This document shows, piece by piece, positions 10,191 through 18,676 of a stretch of DNA of 49,944 nucleotides. How positions within the stretch are numbered: the stretch's first letter is position 1; the number at the start of each line of letters is the position of its first letter. The stretch comes from an uncultured Olsenella sp. (GTDB taxonomy: Bacteria; Actinomycetota; Coriobacteriia; Coriobacteriales; Atopobiaceae). The notes under the pieces were generated by a model. That model was given only the letters and a program-made list of their open reading frames with translations. It made no database searches and was not told the origin of the DNA. The DNA lies in assembly GCA_947253595.1 (NCBI GenBank), contig CAMXZR010000001.1, positions 1 to 49,944 on the forward strand. The letters are read 5' to 3'. The position numbers were made by a program, and so were the translations under genes.

Positions 10191-11291
10191 CTACCTGTTC
10201 TGGATGCTCCCCACGTTCTTGATGAGGATGGAGACGCGCCCCTCCGCATCGCGCGAGAACTCGATGTAATTGTCGTTCGAGGCGTACTCGGAGGGGAAGC
10301 TGATCTCTATGCCCGTGTCGGTGCGAATCTTGTGGCTCTTGGCCATGCGGTTTGCCACGCCCCTGCGGACGCTGACCTCCTCGGGCAGGCGCTCCTCCCG
10401 CGCCGCCTGCTCGTAGCGCTCCTGGACGTCCGGCCTCCCCTCGAAGACCTCTCGCCCCACCCTCTCGGGGGAGAAGGACTCCTCGCGCTCGGCACTGCTC
10501 GCCACGTAGGCCTTGGCCTGGGCGACCGCCTCCACGGGGCTGATGCCGCACTCCTCGGCCACGTCCTCGACGATGCGCTCCACGGCCTCCAACGCCTCGC
10601 GGCTCGAGGCCTCGGCGCTGCACTGAAGGAGGCCGTCCGGGATGATCATGCGCTCCTGGCTGCCCTGGGTGCGCGTCTTGTCCCTGAAGTCGATGCTCAG
10701 GTCCTGGAGGTCCACCAGGAGGTAGGAGTCCACCTTGGCGGTGGGGTTGGGCAGGGTCGAGTCCTGGCGCAGGATCTCGTTGGCGGCCATGCCGGAGGCG
10801 TCGTTACCCAGGTCGTGCACGAAGGCCTGCTTGCGGGGCAGGAGCACCGCCGCGAAGCAGCGTCGGCTCAGGTCGGGGGCATCCTCCTCGGACGGCTCGC
10901 GGGTGGGGTCGCCCACGGCCTGCGCCGCCTGGGTCTTCTCGGCCGCCTTCGATCCCATCTCCTGCGTCTCGCTGAAGTCCGCCACGAGGAGGTCGCACTC
11001 CTCGAGCTCCTCGCAGCGCCTCAGCTCCTCCCAGAGGTACTGCCCCAGCTGGTTCGAGAGCTCGACGAATCCCACCTGCCCCCGGCGGTACTCCTCGAGC
11101 CCCCGGGCAAAGGAGCTCTGCTCGCTGAAGCTGCCATGCCGGTTGTCGGGGCTCGACGAGACGCTCCTGAGCCGCCGCTGCACGTAGGACCTCACCGGAC
11201 GCTGGGAGAGGTCCAGCTCGCGTTCCGAGAGGTAGCTGCTCCCGGTCTCGAACTCGAAGGCATGCAGTATGGCGTGGGTCACTCTGAGCAT
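10191..11291 (-). CDS. Nucleoid-associated protein (37-kDa NdpA/YejK-like family)
   Basis: Begins ..HAILH.F.....LS..EL and ends KIRTDTGIEISFP..Y......IEF.....G..SILIKNV, as in this family. Confidence 0.75.
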   Translation of the reverse strand: MLRVTHAILHAFEFETGSSYLSERELDLSQRPVRSYVQRRLRSVSSSPDNRHGSFSEQSSFARGLEEYRRGQVGFVELSNQLGQYLWEELRRCEELEECDLLVADFSETQEMGSKAAEKTQAAQAVGDPTREPSEEDAPDLSRRCFAAVLLPRKQAFVHDLGNDASGMAANEILRQDSTLPNPTAKVDSYLLVDLQDLSIDFRDKTRTQGSQERMIIPDGLLQCSAEASSREALEAVERIVEDVAEECGISPVEAVAQAKAYVASSAEREESFSPERVGREVFEGRPDVQERYEQAAREERLPEEVSVRRGVANRMAKSHKIRTDTGIEISFPSEYASNDNYIEFSRDAEGRVSILIKNVGSIQNR

Positions 11292-11428
11292 GGCGCATCC
11301 TCCTGTGGCGGTCACGGCACATTCGCGGGCACCTAGGATAGCCCAGCGCGCGGCCTGCGGGACCTGGCAGGACGGACGTCTCCTTCGCGAGGGCGAGAGG
11401 GGACGCGCTGCCGGAGAGGGTGCCTCGC

Positions 11429-11992
11429 CTAGCGCTCGATCTTGAGCAGGGGGTCGCCCACCTTCACGAGGGGGCGACCGCCGATGAGCGTGCCGCTGCT
11501 CGAGACGTTCCTGACCGACCTCATGCTATCGCTGTTGGTGATGGCCACCGTGACGACGTCCTCGTAGCCCGCGGCGGCGATCCTATCACGGTCGAAGACG
11601 ATCAGCGGGGTACCCGCCGCGACCTCGTCGTTGGCCTCGACAAAGCGCGTGAAGCCCTTGCCCTCCATCTTCACGGTGTCGATGCCCACGTGGATGAGGA
11701 CCTCGACGCCGCCGGCAAGCGTCATACCGATGACGTGGTTGGTGACGGCCGTCACGCTGATGCGGCCGGTGGCCGGCGCATAGACGATGCCCACGGAGGG
11801 GAGGATGCCACAGCCCTCACCGAAGAAGCCCGACGAGATGGCCTCGTCGTGGACCTCCCCGAGGCTCACGACGGCACCGGTGACCGGGGCGTAGACCATG
11901 TCGTCGTCCACGTGGAAGACGGCTGGCTTGGGAGCGCTCGCCTCTCCCTCGGAGGAGAAGAGGCTGTGCTTGATGATGTCAACGAGTCCCAT
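11429..11992 (-). CDS. PTS glucose-family EIIA component
   Basis: VYAPVTG, VHDEAIS, YAPATG, TNHVIG and EVLIHVGIDTV motifs. Confidence 0.92.
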   Translation of the reverse strand: MGLVDIIKHSLFSSEGEASAPKPAVFHVDDDMVYAPVTGAVVSLGEVHDEAISSGFFGEGCGILPSVGIVYAPATGRISVTAVTNHVIGMTLAGGVEVLIHVGIDTVKMEGKGFTRFVEANDEVAAGTPLIVFDRDRIAAAGYEDVVTVAITNSDSMRSVRNVSSSGTLIGGRPLVKVGDPLLKIER

Positions 11993-12115
11993 TGCGTTTC
12001 CTTTCGCGCGGGAGGTGGCTGCCGCTCAGACGGGTCCGACGATACTCGATTGCGGGCGCGCGACGCGCCTGGCGGGGCGCCCCATCGTCAAACGGCCTGC
12101 CCGGCTCCCCTGCGC

Positions 12116-12775
12116 CTAGGACTCGAGTCGAAGGCCATAGAGGTAGACGGACTCCTCGCCACCCGTCGCGGCGCGCCTACGCTCCTGGGCGAGCGAGAAG
12201 CCATGGGACTCCATGAAGTCGAGGCGGCAGTCGTCGCCCATGACCAGGAAGCAGCCCCTCTGGCCGCCGGCGCGAAAGCGCTCCACCATGTCGTGCAGGA
12301 GCTGGCTACCTATTCCCTGGCCCTGAAGGTCCGGGCGCACGACGAGGAGGTTGACCTCGGCGTCCGAGCTCGCGTACCCGCGCGAGATGAAGACGTCCGC
12401 CATGGTGTAGCGTCGCAGGCGGCCGAAGAGCTTGTCCTCGACCTCGATGCCCCCGAGCTTGGCGCGCTTGCGGGCCTTGACCATGACGTCGCCGAAGCGC
12501 TGGCTCCAGCCGGGGTCTATCTGGGCGAGGGCGTCCCTCGAGACGCCGCCGAAGCAGGCGCCCACCACGCGCCGCCCACGCACGGCAACGTGGGCCTGCT
12601 GCGAGCGCTGGAGGGCACCCGAGGTCATCACGCGGCCGAACACGATGCGGTCGTATACGCCCTCGACGCCCGTACACCAGATGCGCGAACAGATGTCGGT
12701 CACGTCGTCAAAGTCGCCCTCCATGAAGGGGCGGTAGCCGATCTGGGACTGGTCGGAACCTGAGGCTGCGGTCAT
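12116..12775 (-). CDS. GNAT family N-acetyltransferase
   Basis: LLVVRPDLQGQGIGSQLL acetyl-CoA motif and F.ESHGF. Confidence 0.8.
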   Translation of the reverse strand: MTAASGSDQSQIGYRPFMEGDFDDVTDICSRIWCTGVEGVYDRIVFGRVMTSGALQRSQQAHVAVRGRRVVGACFGGVSRDALAQIDPGWSQRFGDVMVKARKRAKLGGIEVEDKLFGRLRRYTMADVFISRGYASSDAEVNLLVVRPDLQGQGIGSQLLHDMVERFRAGGQRGCFLVMGDDCRLDFMESHGFSLAQERRRAATGGEESVYLYGLRLES

Positions 12776-12834
12776 GTGCTCTTTTCTCTCTCTGATCGCT
12801 TTTCTGCCCCCGATTATGAGACAAGGCGAGGGGG

Positions 12835-12920
12835 GACGCCCGCGAGACGTGACGCAGGGGCCGGCCGCCGCCGACGCCCGCGAGACGTGACGCAGGGGCC
12901 GGCCGCCGCCGACGCCCGCG
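12835..12920. repeat. Perfect 38-bp intergenic tandem duplication (2.3 copies)
   Basis: GACGCCCGCGAGACGTGACGCAGGGGCCGGCCGCCGCC at 12835 and 12873, with a 10-bp partial copy at 12911. Confidence 0.95.
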
Positions 12921-12964
12921 CGCCGACGGCGGCCGAGGTTCGTGGGCCATCTGCCAATGCCCGG

Positions 12965-14056
12965 CTAGTCCTCCAGCGCCGCCCTGCCGTAGGCGTCCGC
13001 CGCCAGCATGGCGCTCGCGACCTTCTCGGGCGTGACTTCGAAGGGCATGTTGTGGAGGGTGTCGTTCTCCGCGCAGGCCAACCTTGCCACCTCGAGCACG
13101 CGCTCCCGGCTCGTGTCCTCGACGCCCAGCTGGCCGAAGGTCACGGGCAGGCCCAGCTCGACGCAGAAGTCGAGCACGTCGTAGAGCTCGTCGGCGTCCT
13201 CGAGCACAAGCTGGGTCAGGGTGCCGAAGGCGACCTTCTCGCCATGGTAGCAGGAGTGGGTCTCGGGCATCGCGGTGAGCCCGTTATGGATGGCATGCGC
13301 ACCCGCCAGGCCGGCAGACTCGAAGCCCAAGCCCGAGAGCAGGGTATTTGCCTCAATGACGTTCTCGACGCTCTGGGTGCAGGCCCCAGCCTCGAGGGCG
13401 AGCTTGGCCTTCATGCCGTCCTGCATCAGAGTGTCGTAGCAGAGCCTCGCGAGGGCCATGGCGGCTGCGGTCACCTTGTCCCCGGCACAGGTGGTGGCAT
13501 TCGAGCGCTTGCAGGCACGGGCCTCGAAGAAGGTCGCGAGGGCGTCGCCCATGCCGCTCACCGTGAGTCGCACGGGGCTCTTCGAAATGACGTCGGTGTC
13601 CATCAGGACCAGATTGGGGTTGGCCTTGAAGAACTGGTACTCCTTGAACTGTCCCTCGGGAGTGTAGATGACCGAGAGGGCCGAGCAGGGGGCGTCGGTC
13701 GCGGCGATGGTGGGGACGATCACCACGGGAGCGCCGACCCCCGACGCCACGGCCTTGGCGGTGTCGAAGATCTTGCCGCCGCCGACGCCCACGACGACGT
13801 CGGACTGCGCCTCGCGGCACGCGGCGGCCAGGCGGTCGATCTCGTCCTGGGAGCACTCTCCGTTGAAGCTGTCGTACGTCGCCTCGACCCCCGCGTCGGA
13901 GAAGCTCTGGGCGATGGTCTTGCCGAAGCGGCTGATGCCGCCCGCCGAGATGATGACGAGCGCCCTCCTGCCATAGTCCAAGACGTAGCCGCCCAGGCGG
14001 GACAGCTCGCCGGGCCCCTGAACGTACTTGGACGGAGAGATGAAGATGCGTGCCAT
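12965..14056 (-). CDS. gldA: Glycerol dehydrogenase
   Basis: ISPSKYVQG, GVGGGKIFDTAKA, PTIAATDAPCSALSVIY, AHAIHNG and HGEKVAFG motifs. Confidence 0.95.
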   Translation of the reverse strand: MARIFISPSKYVQGPGELSRLGGYVLDYGRRALVIISAGGISRFGKTIAQSFSDAGVEATYDSFNGECSQDEIDRLAAACREAQSDVVVGVGGGKIFDTAKAVASGVGAPVVIVPTIAATDAPCSALSVIYTPEGQFKEYQFFKANPNLVLMDTDVISKSPVRLTVSGMGDALATFFEARACKRSNATTCAGDKVTAAAMALARLCYDTLMQDGMKAKLALEAGACTQSVENVIEANTLLSGLGFESAGLAGAHAIHNGLTAMPETHSCYHGEKVAFGTLTQLVLEDADELYDVLDFCVELGLPVTFGQLGVEDTSRERVLEVARLACAENDTLHNMPFEVTPEKVASAMLAADAYGRAALED

Positions 14057-14271
14057 GGTGCTTCCCCTTTCGCCGCTTGCATGGTACCCCCCGGCCCAGT
14101 GCCGCGGGGCGCGACTCCAGTGTAGGCCTGCCGGACGGGAGGGGCGTCGGTACGGCGGCGCATGTAATTTCTCGCCCGATGGGCTTGACGGACCAGCGAG
14201 GCGGCCCCTGTCGTACCATCTTGTCGGCCACCGCCCCAGTGGGGCACCAGAAGGGAACGGAGCGACTCAGG

Positions 14272-15753
14272 ATGCAGACGGGCTTCGACAACGACAAGTA
14301 CATAGGGATGCAGGCGAAACGGATCCGAGAGCGCATCGACCAGTTCGGTGGCAAGCTCTACCTCGAGTTCGGGGGGAAGCTCTTCGACGACTACCACGCG
14401 AGCCGCGTCCTGCCCGGCTTCGAGCCCGACTCCAAGGCGCGCATGCTCCGCCAGCTCGCCGACGACGCCGAGGTCGTCTTTGCCGTCAGCGCCATCGACA
14501 TCGAGCAGGGGAAGCGCCGCGGCGACCTGGGCATCACCTACGACGAGGACGTCCTGCGCCTGATGGACGTGTTCCGCGGCATGGGCCTCTCCATCGGCGG
14601 CGTGGTGATCACCCGCTTCTCGGGACAGCCCAAGGCCGAGGCCTACCAGTCACGCCTCGAGCAGATGGGCATCGAGGTCTACCGGCACTACCCCATCGCC
14701 GACTATCCCTCCAACATCGACCTCATCGTGTCCGACGAGGGCTTTGGGAGAAACGAGTACGTCAGGACCACCAAGCCCCTCGTCGTCGTCACGGCACCCG
14801 GCCCCGGCTCGGGCAAGCTGGCCGTCTGCCTCTCGCAGCTCTACAACGAGCATGTGCGCGGCATCGAGGCGGGGTATGCCAAGTTCGAGACCTTCCCCGT
14901 GTGGAACCTGCCCCTCAAGCACCCCGTGAACGTCGCCTACGAGGCGGCGACCGCAGACCTCGACGACAACAACATCATCGATCCCTACCACCTGGAGGCC
15001 CACGGCGAGGTCACGGTCAACTACAACCGCGACGTCGAGACCTTCCCCGTGCTCAGGGCCATGATGGAAAGGATTGCCGGGCACAGCCCCTACCAATCCC
15101 CCACCGACATGGGCGTCAACATGGTGGGCTACTGCATCAGCGACGACGAGGCCTGCCGCGCGGCCGCCCTGCACGAGATCGTCCGGCGCCACTACTGGTG
15201 CGCCGAGAAGATCGCCCGCACCGGCGTGGGAGAGTCCGAGCTCAGGAAGATCGGCCTCCTCATGAAGGAGGTGGGCGTGGACAAGAACCTCAACCCCGCC
15301 CATGCCGCCGCGCTGCTCAAGGAGGAGGTCACCGGAAAGCCCGCGGGTGCGATGGTGCTGCCCGACGGCAGCGTGGTGACGGGCAAGACCTCCGAGCTCC
15401 TGGGTGCCGCGTCCTCCCTCCTGCTCAACGCCCTCAAGCGCGTCGCGGGGGTCGAGAAGGAGCGCTGGGTGGTCTCGGATGACGCCCTCGCGCCCATCAG
15501 CCGCCTCAAGACCACGCACCTCAAGAGCAAGAACCCGCGCCTTCACTCGGACGAGACACTAATCGCCCTCTCCATCAGCAGTGCCACGAACCCCGAGGCC
15601 AAGCGCGTGATAGAGGCCAGCGACCGGCTGCACGGCTGCACGGCGTACTTCTCGGTGATCATCAGCTCCACCGACGAGCGCGTCTACCGCAAGCTGGGGA
15701 TCAACGTCTGCTGCGAGCCCAAGTTCGAGCGCGGCACCTTCTACCACCGCTAG
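14272..15753 (+). CDS. DUF1846 / UPF0371 family protein
   Basis: GFDNDKY...KLYLEFGGKLFDDYHASRVLPGF, TAPGPGSGK and YAKFETFPVWNLPLKHPVN motifs. Confidence 0.9.
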   Translation: MQTGFDNDKYIGMQAKRIRERIDQFGGKLYLEFGGKLFDDYHASRVLPGFEPDSKARMLRQLADDAEVVFAVSAIDIEQGKRRGDLGITYDEDVLRLMDVFRGMGLSIGGVVITRFSGQPKAEAYQSRLEQMGIEVYRHYPIADYPSNIDLIVSDEGFGRNEYVRTTKPLVVVTAPGPGSGKLAVCLSQLYNEHVRGIEAGYAKFETFPVWNLPLKHPVNVAYEAATADLDDNNIIDPYHLEAHGEVTVNYNRDVETFPVLRAMMERIAGHSPYQSPTDMGVNMVGYCISDDEACRAAALHEIVRRHYWCAEKIARTGVGESELRKIGLLMKEVGVDKNLNPAHAAALLKEEVTGKPAGAMVLPDGSVVTGKTSELLGAASSLLLNALKRVAGVEKERWVVSDDALAPISRLKTTHLKSKNPRLHSDETLIALSISSATNPEAKRVIEASDRLHGCTAYFSVIISSTDERVYRKLGINVCCEPKFERGTFYHR

Positions 15754-15755
15754 GA

Positions 15756-15807
15756 GCCCAGGGGCTACGTGCCACAGGCAGGCCCAGGGACTACGTGCCA
15801 CGGGCAG
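15756..15807. repeat. 26-bp imperfect tandem repeat (2 copies)
   Basis: GCCCAGGGGCTACGTGCCACAGGCAG followed by GCCCAGGGACTACGTGCCACGGGCAG. Confidence 0.85.
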
Positions 15808-15868
15808 GCTCGAGGACCGGGCGCGACGCCAAGCCCGCCGGCTCCCAGCTTCTCTTGCTTCACGTCCC

Positions 15869-16055
15869 GTGCAAATCATTCCTGGAGTGCGCGGGACCTA
15901 TCTTTGACCTGTGGCGTTGTGGTCTGGCGCGCAAGCTGGCGGTAGTTTGCATGTGAGTCGCACGTCTTCGCGCGCACCGCAAGCGCAGTTTGCGCACGAG
16001 TTCTTTCTCACCAGGCAAAACGCAAAACCATGCGCAAGCTGGTGGGTTTTTGCGC
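15869..16055 (+). repeat. Left array of four GCGCA-N14-TGCGC palindromes (two paired elements)
   Basis: Units start at 15869, 15929, 15972, 16032; spacers 36/19/36 nt; cores TGACCTGTGGCG (15905) and TCACCAGGCAAAAC (16008). Confidence 0.85.
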
Positions 16056-16221
16056 GACAGGGCTCACTTCGCCGAGCGCCTGGCACCACCTTTCCAAAAG
16101 ACGTAAATGACCAGATTAGGGCAGGGTTATGTGCAGCTGTCTGCCAGCTGCGTGCCAGGCTCGTGCAAGCTCTCTTTTTCTCCTCGCCCGGCGGCGAGCC
16201 GAGGTGGGCTAGCGTTGATGC

Positions 16222-17358
16222 ATGGAGATCACGTTCTCGCATACCACGGCACTGGCGCTTCTCAGGGCGCTCCGGCGGGGAGAGCTGTGCACGCGAAACG
16301 TCCAACGCACAGACTACCCGCCCACGCAGATACGTTTTGGACGGCACGACAATGCCGTCCTTCTCGAGGCGCTCATGAGACCTCTAGGCAACATCGCCTC
16401 CATACTTGTCGCGGAGGTGACGCCCTTGGAACACCTTGTCAGGTCTACAGGGGAGAGGAGCCATTCTCCCCTGTTGAGGGGGCACCTGAGCAGCGCGACG
16501 CTGCCACCCGGCTCGTTCCTCCGGCTCGCTGCCGACATAGCCGTCCCCTCTCCCGAGCTCGCCTTCGTGCAGATGGCCGAGGTCCTGACGGACGCCCAGC
16601 TCCTTGCCCTGGGCATGGAGCTCTGCGGCGGCTTCGCCTGCGACCCACTCGGTCCCTCGCACGGACCGGCACGCTATGGACTCTCTCCCCTGACGACCCA
16701 GGGCAGGATGCTCTGGTTTCTCTCGCATGCACGGGGTCTACGACTAAGCGGCCGCGCCGGGAGGGCGGCGGTGCTGGTCTCGCCCAACGCCTGGTCCCCC
16801 ATGGAGGCGGTGCTGGCGACCCTCCTGCTGCTCCCCGCTGACAAGGGAGGCTTTCCGATAGCTCCCCTCGCTCTGAACGCATGCGTCTTCCAGGGAAGCA
16901 CGCCCATGGCCAAGGCCTCACGTGTCCCGGACATACTGCTCGAGGGTGCGGACGTGGGCCTCAACTACGACGGCCAAGACCACCTTGCGCTTTCTTCCCT
17001 CGAGACTGCCGCGATGGGCGCGGCGTGTAACCCAGGCAGCGCCGAGCGCCAGAGCGTCGTTTGCCGACTGCGGGCCCAGATAAGGGAGAGATACGTCGAC
17101 GACCGTCGCCGGGACCGCGACCTCGCGAGCCAGGGACTCACCGTCCTTTCCGTCACGGCAGAGGACCTGCGGACCTCCGATTGCCTCGAGTTCCTTCTGC
17201 GACAGATCGTGGCATGCCTCGAGCGAGGCACGGGACGGCGGGAGGAACACGCCAGGTCAATGCTGGAGAATCAGTCGCTCCGCGTTGCGCGTGCGAGGGC
17301 CCTCGCCGAGCTCCGCCGCTGGCCTGCAGCGCCCACCCCCTGCGCAAGCCCTACGTAA
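16222..17358 (+). CDS. Hypothetical protein with C-terminal DUF559/Vsr-like endonuclease fold and AbiEi-like N-terminal region
   Basis: SPELAFVQMA...GMELCG, SPMEA..ATLLLLP...GG, VPDIL....GLNYDGQDH, DRRRDRDLASQGLTVLSVT; codon usage looks less GC3-biased than its neighbours. Confidence 0.7.
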   Translation: MEITFSHTTALALLRALRRGELCTRNVQRTDYPPTQIRFGRHDNAVLLEALMRPLGNIASILVAEVTPLEHLVRSTGERSHSPLLRGHLSSATLPPGSFLRLAADIAVPSPELAFVQMAEVLTDAQLLALGMELCGGFACDPLGPSHGPARYGLSPLTTQGRMLWFLSHARGLRLSGRAGRAAVLVSPNAWSPMEAVLATLLLLPADKGGFPIAPLALNACVFQGSTPMAKASRVPDILLEGADVGLNYDGQDHLALSSLETAAMGAACNPGSAERQSVVCRLRAQIRERYVDDRRRDRDLASQGLTVLSVTAEDLRTSDCLEFLLRQIVACLERGTGRREEHARSMLENQSLRVARARALAELRRWPAAPTPCASPT

Positions 17359-17529
17359 TGTGCGCGCGATTCACACCTGAGCTGCGCAAACTGCCAAAGC
17401 CGCGCAAAACTCCTGCAGCGTGCGCACCACGTTGCGCCCATCTTGCGCACGCTACGCGTGGTTTGCGTGCAACATCCTCGTGACCTGGGAAAACACAAGG
17501 CTCCCGCGCAAACCTTTTCTGGTCTGCGC
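17342..17529 (+). repeat. Right array of four GCGCA-N14-TGCGC palindromes (two paired elements)
   Basis: Units start at 17342, 17402, 17445, 17506; spacers 36/19/37 nt; cores TGAGCTGCGCAAAC (17378) and TGACCTGGGAAAAC (17481). Confidence 0.85.
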
Positions 17530-17596
17530 GGGAGCCAAGCTTCCCCGTAACCCGAGCCTCCCGCCCGGGTCGTCCGTCGACGAAGTCCGTCGAACC

Positions 17597-18673
17597 CTAC
17601 AGCACGTGGACGTCGCTCGCGCGGAAGTCGAGGAACGCCTCGTCGCCCGCCTCGTAGATCTTCTTGTTCTTGGGGTTGAACTCGGTAATCTTGACCAGGT
17701 GCTCGCCGCAACGCACGTGGTAGTTCTGATAGTGGCCCATGAAGCGCGAGAGCACGACCTCGCAGGGCAGCACGCCCTCGTCGGCCACGTGGGCGGACTC
17801 CGGCCTCAGCACCAGGGTCACGTCGTCTCCCACGACCTTGCCGTTGCGCTCGGCGACCTCAATGGCACGACCCTCGACCATGACCTGGCCGGACTCGCCG
17901 TCAGTGGACGCGAGCCTGCCGCGCAGGAAGTTGGACTCGCCGATGAAGTCGGCGACGAACTCGTCCACCGGGCGGTAGTAGACGGTGTGGGGGTCACCGA
18001 TCTGGTCGACGATGCCCTTCTTCATGACGATGATCTTGTCGGAGAGGGCCATGGCCTCGGACTGGTCGTGCGTGACGTAGACGGCCGTGATTCCCGCTTC
18101 CTGCTGGATGCGGCGGATCTCGGTGCGCATGTCCACGCGCAGCTTGGCGTCGAGGTTCGACAAGGGCTCGTCGAAGAGCAGCACGCCCGGCTCGATGACC
18201 AGCGCGCGAGCCAGGGCGACGCGCTGCTGCTGGCCACCCGAGAGCTGGTTGGTCATGCGGTCCTCCATGCCCTCGAGCCCCACGAGCCCCAGGATGTTGG
18301 TGACCTTCTCGCGGATGGCGTCCTTGTCCATCTTACGCAGCTTGAGGCCATAGGCCACGTTGTCGAAGATGTTGTAGTGCGGGAGCAGGGCATAGCTCTG
18401 GAAGACCATGGCGGTGTCGCGCTTGTTGGGTGTGAGCTCGTTGATGGCCTCCTCGCCCAGGTAGATCTCGCCCTCGTTGGGACTCTCGAAGCCGGCGATC
18501 ATGCGCAGGATGGTGGTCTTGCCGCAGCCGGAGGGCCCCAGCAGCGTCACGAACTCGCCGGGCTCGATGTTGATGTTGGCGTCGTGGACGGCATAGAAGT
18601 CCTTGCCGGTCTTGGGGTCCTGGTAGATCTTCGAGATGTGGTCCAGGCGTACGCCCTTCTTCTCCTTGGCCAT
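17597..18673 (-). CDS. ABC transporter ATP-binding protein (FbpC/AfuC/PotA-like, with TOBE domain)
   Basis: GPSGCGKT, LSGGQQQRVALARA, LLFDEPLSNLD and VTHDQ motifs. Confidence 0.95.
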   Translation of the reverse strand: MAKEKKGVRLDHISKIYQDPKTGKDFYAVHDANINIEPGEFVTLLGPSGCGKTTILRMIAGFESPNEGEIYLGEEAINELTPNKRDTAMVFQSYALLPHYNIFDNVAYGLKLRKMDKDAIREKVTNILGLVGLEGMEDRMTNQLSGGQQQRVALARALVIEPGVLLFDEPLSNLDAKLRVDMRTEIRRIQQEAGITAVYVTHDQSEAMALSDKIIVMKKGIVDQIGDPHTVYYRPVDEFVADFIGESNFLRGRLASTDGESGQVMVEGRAIEVAERNGKVVGDDVTLVLRPESAHVADEGVLPCEVVLSRFMGHYQNYHVRCGEHLVKITEFNPKNKKIYEAGDEAFLDFRASDVHVL

Positions 18674-18676
18674 GGC

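Noticed and set aside
16222..17358. IS element or RAYT transposase
   Set aside because: No DDE or HUH/Y1 motifs, terminal inverted repeats or target-site duplication were recognisable.
15869..17529. CRISPR array interpretation of the palindrome arrays (36-nt spacers)
   Set aside because: Only the 5-bp half-sites are conserved, spacer lengths alternate 36/19, the spacers share a core motif, and no cas genes are present.
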